A DNA stretch of 64,000 bases from Candidatus Micrarchaeota archaeon (GCA_964408425.1 CAYOZI010000001.1:8861-72860), one strand, 5' to 3'; positions 1-9,087 are shown, counted from the first letter of the stretch. Made by a program: numbers and translations. The notes: a model not told the origin generated them from the sequence alone.

Positions 1-140
1 ATGACTATTTGATGAACATTCAAGTATATAAAGAATACGCATTGAAATCAGCTCTAGGAGGAATGAAGCAAAAGTGTGTTGGGTCCACAAAGTCACCTAA
101 CAGGTAAAAAGTAGGCATAATGTCCACAAGCAAGCTTGAG

Positions 141-214
141 CGGGCCTTAGGGGATTCGAACCCCTGTCTGCGGCTTCGGAAGCCACCATTCTATCCAGGC
201 TATACTAAAGGCCC
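141..214 (-). tRNA. tRNA-Arg (CCG), no intron
   Basis: Reverse complement folds as a cloverleaf: acceptor GGGCCTT/AAGGCCC, anticodon arm GTGGC-TTCCGAA-GCCGC, T-loop TTCGAAT. Confidence 0.93.
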
Positions 215-273
215 TCCAGATAGAAATGGGGCTGAAGAAGAATAAAAAAGAAGGGTGTGCAAAGTTTTTGAAA

Positions 274-2172
274 TCACGTGTTAATGCAAAGCGACTTCAT
301 CACCGAATATTCATAGTTGTTGCCGGGAGTGCTGTACTGAAAACGGGTCACGCTGCAGCCGGCAAGCGTGAAACCCGAACTGCAAGAGGGCGTTTTGTCT
401 ATCCACTTTGCCACGCCGCCGCAAGCGTTGTGGCCGTTGCAGTAAGCCCAGCAGTGCGGAATTGTCCAGTCTATGTTCGGATAACCGCTAAAATCGAAAG
501 TCGGACCCCACTCCACGGCGTTGGTCCAACCAGTCACGATAGCCGCCATCGGAAGCACGTAAATCTTGTACTGCGTGTCAGGACCCCCGCCTCCGGCCGG
601 GCAGTTCGTCCCGTCTTCCAGGCAAACGTCCTTGCCGCCCACCTTAGCAGTCGTCCCCCTTACGGACAAAGAACCAACTGAAGCCGAACCGCTTGTTCCC
701 GACCCGACCGTCAAAGGACCGTTTAAAACGTTCAACCCGCTCGAACTGCCTACGCCCAAGCCGGTAGTTATATACACTGGAATATCCGCGCCGCTAGCCA
801 AATTCCTGCCCCGGATTTGAGACGAAGACAAGCCCGAGTGCAAAGTCAAACCGGCGAAAGACCCGCCGTCCGCAGGCAGCAACCCGCCTTCAACCTGAAT
901 GTATTTCGGAATGCTCCCGGCAGCTTGCGTAAGCTTCAGGAAAGGATAATTAGAATTGCCGGTCCTTCCGAGGGTAATATCCCCGCTGGAAGGCTGGACT
1001 GTCGTTGCGGTTACCGAATCTGAAATTATTCCTGAAGTGAATTCCAAAGGAATGATCACGCCGGAAGAAAGCCTCATCCCGCGGATTAAAACGGTGTTTC
1101 CAACGTAATTGCTGCCCAAAGTCAAGCCTCCAAACCCTGTGTCCGAGCCGTACAACGGCCCCCGCAATTCGGCATAACGCCTCGAGTAAAGCGAGTCTCC
1201 CGAGGGAACCAGGTTCAAAGACGGGTAAGTTGACAACGCCACTTCACCAATGCGGATGGACCCGCGGTTTTGGCTCGTGTCGGCAACGCGAACGTTCGGA
1301 GTATAAACGGTCGGAGTTTGCAAAGCGCCCTGCATCACTTCCGTTCCAGAAGGATTGTCCTTTCGCACGTAATTCCCTCCGGACGAGCCCGAACCGCAAT
1401 TCCCGTTCTTCATGCAAACTTCGTAAGTCGTAGTGCCGTTTTTAACGTACAACCTTCCCGCAGCAGCCACTTCAACAGTCACGCTGGTTCCTGCAGCTCC
1501 GGAAGCAGGCTGAATCACATTCGTTTTCACAGGACCTGGAGAAACGGTCAAAGCGCCTTGAACTGCAACGCCCGACTCGAACGTAACGGGGTCTTGAAAA
1601 GTGGCGTCAGACTGGAATATGGCGTTCGCGGAGAAATAACTCGGAACCCTGAACCAAGCCCAGGAGTACTGCGACTGCGGGTCGTTGGGAATGCCGAAAA
1701 TAGAGTTTCCCCTGAAAATCGACAAGAACGGGTAGGAACTGCCGGAATAATAATAAAATTTCAGGATACTGTCGCCGCCAAAACCGCCGACCAGCAAACG
1801 CCCGGAAGCATTTGCGTTTACAGCCTCAAAGTCGGTTGGAACGGCAACACCGCTTTGAATCTGCGTTGGGTAGAAAACCTGGCACTGGAAGTTAGTCGAG
1901 CTGAACGACAGTCTCAGCGAATAATCGGCGTTTGAAGAAAACAAACCCCCGTCGAAAGCCAGGTCGAAAACACCGTTCGAGCTTGTAGAGTCGGATTTGG
2001 TCATCAAAACGGAACCGGAACAATCGGCAGTGGAATAAACGTTTCCAACGACGTTTCCAGACTGCGGGCTTCCAGTGGCGTTAATAATCCTTCCTTGAAC
2101 GTTCAAAACCGGCAGGGCGAAAACGAAACCCATCGCGAAAAACAAGCCCAAAACGAAAAACAAGCCCTTCAT
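274..2172 (-). CDS. Secreted modular fibre/adhesin-like protein (paralog A)
   Basis: Signal peptide MKGLFFVLGLFFAMGFVFA; N-domain LPVLNVQGRI; Gly/Ser/Thr-rich body with two VCxxxGx(x)C linkers; Cys-rich C-terminal domain. Start moved to the ATG matching paralog 5735..7615. Confidence 0.75.
   Translation of the reverse strand: MKGLFFVLGLFFAMGFVFALPVLNVQGRIINATGSPQSGNVVGNVYSTADCSGSVLMTKSDSTSSNGVFDLAFDGGLFSSNADYSLRLSFSSTNFQCQVFYPTQIQSGVAVPTDFEAVNANASGRLLVGGFGGDSILKFYYYSGSSYPFLSIFRGNSIFGIPNDPQSQYSWAWFRVPSYFSANAIFQSDATFQDPVTFESGVAVQGALTVSPGPVKTNVIQPASGAAGTSVTVEVAAAGRLYVKNGTTTYEVCMKNGNCGSGSSGGNYVRKDNPSGTEVMQGALQTPTVYTPNVRVADTSQNRGSIRIGEVALSTYPSLNLVPSGDSLYSRRYAELRGPLYGSDTGFGGLTLGSNYVGNTVLIRGMRLSSGVIIPLEFTSGIISDSVTATTVQPSSGDITLGRTGNSNYPFLKLTQAAGSIPKYIQVEGGLLPADGGSFAGLTLHSGLSSSQIRGRNLASGADIPVYITTGLGVGSSSGLNVLNGPLTVGSGTSGSASVGSLSVRGTTAKVGGKDVCLEDGTNCPAGGGGPDTQYKIYVLPMAAIVTGWTNAVEWGPTFDFSGYPNIDWTIPHCWAYCNGHNACGGVAKWIDKTPSCSSGFTLAGCSVTRFQYSTPGNNYEYSVMKSLCINT
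601..755. repeat. Conserved block shared with 6137..6291 (encodes GLNVLNGPLTVGSGT...GKDVCLEDGTNC)
   Basis: Collinear at a constant offset; exact runs gtcccgtcttccaggcaaacgtccttgccg and ggaccgtttaaaacgttcaacccg occur in both copies. Confidence 0.9.
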
Positions 2173-2178
2173 TTCAAC
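2086..2178. repeat. 93-bp exact direct repeat with 7529..7621 (start region and signal peptide of fibre genes A and B)
   Basis: Direct base-by-base comparison. Confidence 0.93.
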
Positions 2179-2201
2179 GCCCACCCCGCTTTAATGCAAA
2201 C

Positions 2202-3305
2202 TCAGCCCAAGGTTTTTTTCAATCCGAACAAAAACCCTAGCGCCAAAAGCTGAACGAAAAACCCTGCGAAACCCGCTATTACTGCCGCCATCGCTCCCGA
2301 AAACAACGCGAAGCGGTTGTACACCAACCGGAATTCGGGAATGGCGTAAAGCTGTTGTTTCAACAACCCCCCCTGGCTTCCGGCCGCGCTTATTATGGCA
2401 GTATTGACGCCTTGGGCTATCCGCCCGGAGTTTTCCTTGAAAGCGTCGTAAGTGTAATCCACGGCTTTAACGTGAAAAGCTGCGACCAACGAATCCTGCT
2501 CCGCTTGAGACAATGTAGTATAACCGGGATAGTTTTCCACGAGAAAATCCCTGGACAAATCCTGAGTCACGATGGAAGCAAAATCCTCTTTCGTGATCGA
2601 CGAGGAAATGGAATTCGAGTCTATGTTAATCCCTCCCGTCGCAGCCCTCGCCAAAAGCGAGTCCAAAAGCAAGTTCACGTGCGCATCCTTGTTTTCCGCG
2701 ACCTTGTAGAAAACCACGAAAAACGCCAACAGCGCGAAAAGCATCATTCCGGCGCTGAGAATGGCGAACGCGCGCGGCAGGGAAAAACGGGGCGATATGG
2801 AGGAGACTATCGCGCAGAATGAAATAACGGCTGCAAAAGTCAAGAACGGGGTTAAAAGCCAAGGGTAGAATGCAAAGCCCATTACCGCCGAAACCATGAA
2901 AGCCAGTATTGTCACTAGCACGCCCGACACTACGCCCAAGCCCAACGAGTAATACATTGCCAGCGCTATGCAAGCTGCAAACAACAGGACGAAAATGATG
3001 AACGAAACGCTGTACAGCTTCGTGATGGTGAACGAAGCCCTCTGGAGGTCGAACAAGTCCATCGTCTTGAAATTGCTCTTGTCGAACATTACGAGCGAGA
3101 AGGTGAAGAAGCAAAGAAGAGCTATGAGAAAAGGCAGTTTCGAGTAAAAATCCTTGCCGATTTTGATCGTGAGGGGAATGACTATCTGACGTTCGGCAGG
3201 AGGAACGTTCTGCTTTGGGCTCGGCTTGGGCTTGGAAGCCTTCAGCTCCTCGTCCGACTCCGGCATTATCAACGACAATGGGTCTTTGGAAGCTTTCACG
3301 GGCAT
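2202..3305 (-). CDS. Multi-pass membrane protein of unknown function
   Basis: About 7 hydrophobic segments plus a soluble helical loop; start taken at MPVKASK because the longer ORF overlaps pyrB. Confidence 0.7.
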   Translation of the reverse strand: MPVKASKDPLSLIMPESDEELKASKPKPSPKQNVPPAERQIVIPLTIKIGKDFYSKLPFLIALLCFFTFSLVMFDKSNFKTMDLFDLQRASFTITKLYSVSFIIFVLLFAACIALAMYYSLGLGVVSGVLVTILAFMVSAVMGFAFYPWLLTPFLTFAAVISFCAIVSSISPRFSLPRAFAILSAGMMLFALLAFFVVFYKVAENKDAHVNLLLDSLLARAATGGINIDSNSISSSITKEDFASIVTQDLSRDFLVENYPGYTTLSQAEQDSLVAAFHVKAVDYTYDAFKENSGRIAQGVNTAIISAAGSQGGLLKQQLYAIPEFRLVYNRFALFSGAMAAVIAGFAGFFVQLLALGFLFGLKKTLG

Positions 3306-3366
3306 GACAATTACCAACGCAAAAGAAAATAAAAACCTAACAGGCTGAAGAATAAGGGTGGGAAAC

Positions 3367-4287
3367 ATGGGTTTGAAGGGAAGGGACTTCATTTCAGTAA
3401 ACGATTTCAGCAATTCGGAGATCCAAGCGGTTTTCGACACCGCTTCGGAAATGGAAAAATTCGTGAAAAAAGGAACCGACTCATGCAAGGGAAGGGTTTT
3501 AGCCACCCTCTTTTTCGAGCCTTCCACGCGCACGCAATTCTCTTTCCAAACCGCCATGCTCCGCCTGGGCGGAGGGGCTATAGGGTTTTCGGACACGAGC
3601 GGAACTTCAGTATCCAAGGGGGAAACGCTTCAAGACACGATTCGCATCATAGAAGGATACTCGGACGTAATCGCAATGCGCAGTTCCCAACCCAATTCGC
3701 TTTCTTTTGCTGCGGAATACGCGTCCATTCCGGTCATAAGCGGGGGGGAAGGGAAGGGAGAACATCCCACTCAAACGCTTCTCGATTTGTACACGATAAA
3801 AAAAGAGTTGGGAAGGCTGGACGTGAAGATAGGGTTTTACGGAGATTTGAAGTACGGAAGGACGAACCATTCCTTAATGCTCGGCGCCTCGAGATTCGGG
3901 GCTGATTTTCACTGCATTGCGCCTCAAGAACTGCAAATGCCCGAGGAATACGTGAAGAAAGCAGAGGAAAACGGGGCCAGGGTGGAGTTCGAGGATAGTA
4001 TTGAAAGCGTCCTGCCGGAACTCGACGTTCTGTACGTCTCGCGATTGCAAAAAGAACGTTTGCCTCCTGAAGCGGATTACGAAACGATGAAGAAAGCGTA
4101 TCACGTCGACAATTCCTTGATGGAAAAAATGAAGGAAAACTCGCTGTTGATGCACCCTCTGCCCAGGGTGGGGGAAATAGAAGATTCCGTTGATTCCGAC
4201 CCGAGGGCGGCGTATTTCCGCCAGGCTGCGAACGGAGTGCCGATAAGAATGGCGTTGATAGCTCTTTTGCTGGGAGCGGTGGAATAA
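3367..4287 (+). CDS. pyrB: Aspartate carbamoyltransferase catalytic subunit
   Basis: FFEPSTRT, HPTQTLLD, GDLKYGRTNHSL, RLQKER and MHPLPR motifs. Confidence 0.97.
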   Translation: MGLKGRDFISVNDFSNSEIQAVFDTASEMEKFVKKGTDSCKGRVLATLFFEPSTRTQFSFQTAMLRLGGGAIGFSDTSGTSVSKGETLQDTIRIIEGYSDVIAMRSSQPNSLSFAAEYASIPVISGGEGKGEHPTQTLLDLYTIKKELGRLDVKIGFYGDLKYGRTNHSLMLGASRFGADFHCIAPQELQMPEEYVKKAEENGARVEFEDSIESVLPELDVLYVSRLQKERLPPEADYETMKKAYHVDNSLMEKMKENSLLMHPLPRVGEIEDSVDSDPRAAYFRQAANGVPIRMALIALLLGAVE

Positions 4288-4305
4288 AATAAAAAAGAAA
4301 AAAAT

Positions 4306-5193
4306 TCAAACCAGTATTTTCACCGAATCCTTTTCCACGATCACGGTGGATTCCGCCTGCGAAACCAAGCCTTTGTCCTCGTCCAGCAAAACCGAATAAC
4401 CGTGCATTATTCCCTGCTTCTGCAAATCGCGAAGCGTGAATTCGATCATCTTCTCCTTCGCATACCACCGTTTTGCGAAAGGAAGCATCTGCCTTTCCGC
4501 AAAAACCTTTTCCAAAAACGCTCGGCTTGAAGGCATTCTCACGTTCTTAGGAAACAAAAACGAGAAAATCTCTGGCGGTTTGGGGGAATCCACGACGAAA
4601 CCCGCGCCTGTAGAGGCGAAGGGCTCTACTGCGAAAACCTCGCCTTCCTCGAAAACGTGTCCCTCCCCGCCTTTCCCGACATTAGGAACTTCTATCCCCG
4701 CGTGCAAGTCATACGGCTCGAGCAAGTGTCCGCACAGATTCTCGACGGGCTTGAATCCCTTGGAAACGATCGTTTTTTCGATCGTCTCGCCGATTTTCTT
4801 TGCTGAAACGCCGGCTTTCATCACGCTCAATGCATCTTGAAGAGCCTGTTTCGAAGCTTCGACTAGCTTTCCGTTCTCCCCGCTCAAATCAACCGTGAAA
4901 CCCGCGTCGATAATGCAACCCTCAATATGAACGCCGATATCGACTTTCACTACCTCTTTTCCGAAAACCCTTTCCTCGCCAAAGGCGGGAGTGTTGTGCG
5001 CGGCTTCGAAATCGAACGAAATGTTCACGGGAAAGGCGATTTTCCCGCCCGAATCAACGATTTCCTTTTCAATCTCCTCGGCAGCCTTCAAAACGCCTTC
5101 TCCGGTTTTCACCACGCTTGCCGCCGTTTCCTGCGCGGCAGCGTGCACCCTGGCAGCTTGCAGGTAATTCTTCGACTCCTCTTCCGAAACCAT
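4306..5193 (-). CDS. map: Type II methionine aminopeptidase
   Basis: AFPVNIS, AAHNTP, KVDIGVHIEG.I.D, NLCGH and EPFASTG motifs. Confidence 0.95.
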   Translation of the reverse strand: MVSEEESKNYLQAARVHAAAQETAASVVKTGEGVLKAAEEIEKEIVDSGGKIAFPVNISFDFEAAHNTPAFGEERVFGKEVVKVDIGVHIEGCIIDAGFTVDLSGENGKLVEASKQALQDALSVMKAGVSAKKIGETIEKTIVSKGFKPVENLCGHLLEPYDLHAGIEVPNVGKGGEGHVFEEGEVFAVEPFASTGAGFVVDSPKPPEIFSFLFPKNVRMPSSRAFLEKVFAERQMLPFAKRWYAKEKMIEFTLRDLQKQGIMHGYSVLLDEDKGLVSQAESTVIVEKDSVKILV

Positions 5194-5271
5194 GCTTTAA
5201 GCCCACCTGAAACGAAACTAAAAAATAAACGGAAAATAATTGGGACGGGAAGGAATAAAAAACGCGGTTTT

Positions 5272-5718
5272 TCAGCCTATCGAAGAAAGGCATTGTTGCT
5301 TCAATTCTTCAGGCAGCCCGTCGCAAGGAACCGCTTCTGAGGGGGAAAAACCGTCTGAAGCCGCAGGCTGGTTTTCCATAGACTGAAGGCACGCGGTTTT
5401 CAATTCATCCGGCAAACCGTCGCAAGGCTGCGGTTCCGTGGAAGAAGCCGAAGCGGCTTCAACCGAATTCAAACACTCTTGCGTCAATTCTTCCGGCAAG
5501 CCCGAACACGGGGTTTCTTCGTCGGGGTTTAAAGAAGGCGAGGGACTCGCTCCTCCGACTACGTTCACCGCCACGACTCCCGTCGCAGGAGGCTGAGGCG
5601 CGACAGGCACGGGATTCTGGGACGGCAGCTGCAAAACCCAGGAAAAGAAAACCAGAGCCAAAGCCAAGACTCCCAACGCCACAAGCAAAACCGCGTTTTT
5701 ATCCAACTTGAAACCCAT
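5272..5718 (-). CDS. Small single-pass membrane protein with three PCxGLP(E/D)ELxxxCL repeats
   Basis: N-terminal TM helix, Pro-rich stalk, three two-Cys repeats; paralog of 9088..9558. Confidence 0.8.
   Translation of the reverse strand: MGFKLDKNAVLLVALGVLALALVFFSWVLQLPSQNPVPVAPQPPATGVVAVNVVGGASPSPSLNPDEETPCSGLPEELTQECLNSVEAASASSTEPQPCDGLPDELKTACLQSMENQPAASDGFSPSEAVPCDGLPEELKQQCLSSIG
5285..5371. repeat. 87-bp exact direct repeat with 9101..9187
   Basis: Direct comparison; encodes QPAASDGFSPSEAVPCDGLPEELKQQCLS in both paralogs. Confidence 0.92.
5576..5641. repeat. 66-bp repeat (1 mismatch) with 9416..9481
   Basis: Direct comparison; encodes WVLQLPSQNP(V/A)PVAPQPPATG. Confidence 0.9.
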
Positions 5719-5734
5719 TTTTCACACCCCTAGT

Positions 5735-7615
5735 TTACACTTTCCCGCACAACGACGTTACGACCCTGCCCATAGTGTTCGGACAATTAATCAGGCCAAT
5801 CGAACCGCCGCACATTTCGTCGGTATAGCTGCATCCTTTCAACACAGGATAATCGCCAGGGCAAGCTGGGGTAACATCCACCAGAGGCCCCACTCCGATG
5901 ACAAAACCGAAGTCCGAACACGTATCGGAGCCAGAACCATCATTGCACCTCGCTATGCAAAGGGGAGGCTTGTCGTAAACATTTTGAAAGTCAAGCACGT
6001 AGAACTGGAGATCATTCCTGTCCACTCCGATGAACTCCCCAATCTGGAAATAATTGAAGGTAACAGGAGAACTGCTTCCGGACCTGGTCTCCAAGAATCT
6101 TGAAACGTACTTCACTGAATAATCCGTCTGGGCTTTGCAATTAGTCCCGTCTTCCAGGCAAACGTCCTTGCCGTTGACAGTCGCGGAAGAACTCCGTACT
6201 GCAAGAGAACCCACTGAAGCGGAACCGCCCGTTCCCGAACCCACGGTCAACGGACCGTTTAAAACGTTCAACCCGTTCGAACCGCCTACGGTCAAACGCC
6301 CGTCCACAGCAGCATCTCCGCTTACGTCCAAGCTATCATCAATATTGACTGCAGAAGCACCTTGAGCGGAAATCAAAGTGTTCAACAAGGTCAACTTCGA
6401 CGCAACGCCGGCAGCGCCGATGGTGATTTCCGGAACGTTTGTGCTAGCCTCTTGCACCTTAAACATCACGGTGGTTCCCGTTTGAACGGTGAAGGGAAGA
6501 TAGCTGTTGAGGAATACGGCCACGCCCTGCTGCCCCCACAGGCTGACGGCATTGGCTTTAGGAAAAGAAGAACCAGGAACGGCCACGTTCGGGTATTTGA
6601 TAGCGTTTGCAACCAATTCCGAACCGGTTCCGCTCAAAACCACGTCCCCGTTGAAAGTGGAAGTTCTCGGCGTTGAAGAAGAGCCGACAGCGAAATTGTT
6701 CAAAACCGCAACTGGATTGTTGACCGTCTGGGTCCCGTAACCGGAAGGCTTGACGACGTAATTCACGTTGTCAACACCCCCTCCGCTTGGACAGCCGGTC
6801 CCGTCTTTCAAGCAAACTTCCTGCGCAACGCCACTGCCTTTCTTCACCACCGCCTTTCCCGATTGCCCCACTTGCAAGGTCAAGTCGTTCGCTCCCGTAG
6901 TGGCCGTAGTGCTTACAGAATTGGTTTTAACGCCGCCGGCGCCCGAAACCGTAAGCCCGCCGCTTCCCGAAACGCTCAAATCATCCCCAATCCTCACAGG
7001 ATTCGCACCCGGACTGTAAATCGACCCGTAAACATTGAGCGCCCCGTAAGCGTTCAAACTAGGCTGGTTTGAATCACCCACAGGCAAATTCAAGTCCCAA
7101 ACGAAAACGTTGTTCCTAAACCAAGAGAACGTGCCATTATTGTAAGGATAGCCGAAAATCGAGTGTCCGTTCAAAACCGAAATCGGCGAGTACTGATTGT
7201 AATAATAATTCGCCCAGAAATCGCCCTTGAAATCGCCAACCACGAGTTTTGACGTGGCATTCGCATTAAGCGGAACCACCGTTCCACCCTGCACTTGAGT
7301 CGGGTAAAACGCCTGGCATGAAACCAGCGTTACGCTGCCGTAAACCAAGCGCAAGTAGTAAGGAGTGTTGGAAGCAAGCAATCCGGACGGGTAATTCAAA
7401 GTAACGTCGAAAATGCCGTTAGTCAGAGAAGTGTCCTGCCCGCTGAACAAAGCTGTTCCAGAACAAGTTGAAGACGCGAAAACCGACGCGGTGACGCTCC
7501 CGGAAGAAACCGGATTCCCCCCGTTCAAAATCCTTCCTTGAACGTTCAAAACCGGCAGGGCGAAAACGAAACCCATCGCGAAAAACAAGCCCAAAACGAA
7601 AAACAAGCCCTTCAT
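5735..7615 (-). CDS. Secreted modular fibre/adhesin-like protein (paralog B)
   Basis: N-terminus identical to paralog A; same VCLxDGTxC linkers and C-terminal Cys scaffold; divergent middle. Confidence 0.75.
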   Translation of the reverse strand: MKGLFFVLGLFFAMGFVFALPVLNVQGRILNGGNPVSSGSVTASVFASSTCSGTALFSGQDTSLTNGIFDVTLNYPSGLLASNTPYYLRLVYGSVTLVSCQAFYPTQVQGGTVVPLNANATSKLVVGDFKGDFWANYYYNQYSPISVLNGHSIFGYPYNNGTFSWFRNNVFVWDLNLPVGDSNQPSLNAYGALNVYGSIYSPGANPVRIGDDLSVSGSGGLTVSGAGGVKTNSVSTTATTGANDLTLQVGQSGKAVVKKGSGVAQEVCLKDGTGCPSGGGVDNVNYVVKPSGYGTQTVNNPVAVLNNFAVGSSSTPRTSTFNGDVVLSGTGSELVANAIKYPNVAVPGSSFPKANAVSLWGQQGVAVFLNSYLPFTVQTGTTVMFKVQEASTNVPEITIGAAGVASKLTLLNTLISAQGASAVNIDDSLDVSGDAAVDGRLTVGGSNGLNVLNGPLTVGSGTGGSASVGSLAVRSSSATVNGKDVCLEDGTNCKAQTDYSVKYVSRFLETRSGSSSPVTFNYFQIGEFIGVDRNDLQFYVLDFQNVYDKPPLCIARCNDGSGSDTCSDFGFVIGVGPLVDVTPACPGDYPVLKGCSYTDEMCGGSIGLINCPNTMGRVVTSLCGKV

Positions 7616-7616
7616 T

Positions 7617-8984
7617 TCAACTTCGCCCCCTGCCCCTGACGCGCATGAACAACAACGACATCAAAACCAACGCCAAAACCGCAATCAAATCCGTTTCCGG
7701 CAAAGCCTTCCTTTCCGTAACCAAAATCAAAGCCGGGTTTTCCGCATCTTCATACTTAGTCCCGCCGAAAACCACCCACGCTTCGGCCCTCAAGTTTTTC
7801 CTGTCGAAAACCTCTCCCTCCGCCAAATCGATTTTCGCCTGGAAAACGCCGGGCTTGACAAACTCAATCGGAAGAGTAACGACCTGGTCTCCGCTGTCGG
7901 CGTCAAAAACGCTCAACGCTATGCCTGGATCCGAGACTACAGCCAAACCAGTTTCAGGGTCGTTCAGCAAAATCGTTATCACTGCCTTTTCCTCGAAATC
8001 CGGAATTCCCGTTCCAGAAACCACCTTCCCCCCTTCTATCCTCAAAATATTCCCTTCCCCGCCACCTCCTGTCGGAACGCACTGGCAGGCTTGGCAGGCG
8101 AACCCCTCGCTGCAAGTCAAACCCCTTTCCCCGCACTCTTCCCCGAAATCCGTAGCGTCATTCCCATCACAGAACGAACCTCCTTGTGAAATGACGAATT
8201 GCGTGGGGTTGGGAGTGCACGTTATGAGATTCCCTCCGACAGTTCCGTTAGCCCGGATTAATTTCGTTCCTACAGTCGTGTAAGAACAGGTTCTCGTGAA
8301 AACCAAGCCGTTTTGCGTGAAAGACTGCCTGTTGCCCGTATCGCAATAACCTTGGAAATTAGTCACAGGCCCTTGGGAAAACGTTACAGTAACGTCGGTC
8401 GTTTCAGGGGAAGGCGGAATTGCGCCTGAAGAAGGGTTGATGGAAATCGAGCACGTCGGAAGGCTGACGACTTCAATGGGCTTGAACGGGCAGTTGAACG
8501 CAGGGTTGGAGAAATTGGCGTAAATTGCTTTCGACCCGACGCTCGTTCCGGTGAACTGGGTCGGGTTGGCGTTGTTCGGGTTGAAAGAAACGCCGGTCGC
8601 ATTCGCGCTCCAGGATATAGTCATGACGCCCGTAGGGCAGGAGGATGGAGAGCCGTTGTTAGTGCATTGAGCGGTGAGGGCAACTGGAACGTTTACAGTC
8701 ACCGTATCCGGCCCTGAAACTCCCGTGCAATTCCAACCCGAAGGAACGGTGGTTGCGGCAGGGCATATTCCCCCGTAACACGGGCCCACTTCTGCAGCGT
8801 AACTCCCGCTTGAAAAACTTCCCACTGGAGGGGTTGTGATGACGTATTGCACTTCGTAAGAGCCGGAAGTTTGCTGCAAGCCGGAAGTTCCAATGTGGTA
8901 GTTGGCGGTGTAAGAGCCGGAAGAAGCTTCGAAAGCGAAAGCGAAAACCGAAAACAAAAGCAATGCCGCCAAGACTTTCCGCAA
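7617..8984 (-). CDS. Secreted Cys-rich surface protein with C-terminal LPET-TM-basic tail
   Basis: Signal peptide, GPCYGxxCP motif, GEECGE Cys repeat, C-terminus LVTERKALPETDLIAVLALV + TM + RVRGRGRS; paralog of 10707..11951. Confidence 0.75.
   Translation of the reverse strand: MRKVLAALLLFSVFAFAFEASSGSYTANYHIGTSGLQQTSGSYEVQYVITTPPVGSFSSGSYAAEVGPCYGGICPAATTVPSGWNCTGVSGPDTVTVNVPVALTAQCTNNGSPSSCPTGVMTISWSANATGVSFNPNNANPTQFTGTSVGSKAIYANFSNPAFNCPFKPIEVVSLPTCSISINPSSGAIPPSPETTDVTVTFSQGPVTNFQGYCDTGNRQSFTQNGLVFTRTCSYTTVGTKLIRANGTVGGNLITCTPNPTQFVISQGGSFCDGNDATDFGEECGERGLTCSEGFACQACQCVPTGGGGEGNILRIEGGKVVSGTGIPDFEEKAVITILLNDPETGLAVVSDPGIALSVFDADSGDQVVTLPIEFVKPGVFQAKIDLAEGEVFDRKNLRAEAWVVFGGTKYEDAENPALILVTERKALPETDLIAVLALVLMSLLFMRVRGRGRS
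7663..7726. repeat. 64-bp exact direct repeat with 10765..10828 (encodes LVTERKALPETDLIAVLALV)
   Basis: Direct comparison. Confidence 0.92.
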
Positions 8985-9087
8985 CCCGACCCAGCCCCCT
9001 GTTCAAGAAACAAATTCTAAACGCAAGAACGATATTTAAACGTTCTAGAATTCACGAGTAAAAACGTCTTTCAAAAAAAGAAGGAAT

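Noticed and set aside
3306..3617. N-terminal extension of ORF 2202..3617
   Set aside because: It overlaps pyrB on the opposite strand; the ATG at 3305 gives a normal divergent arrangement.
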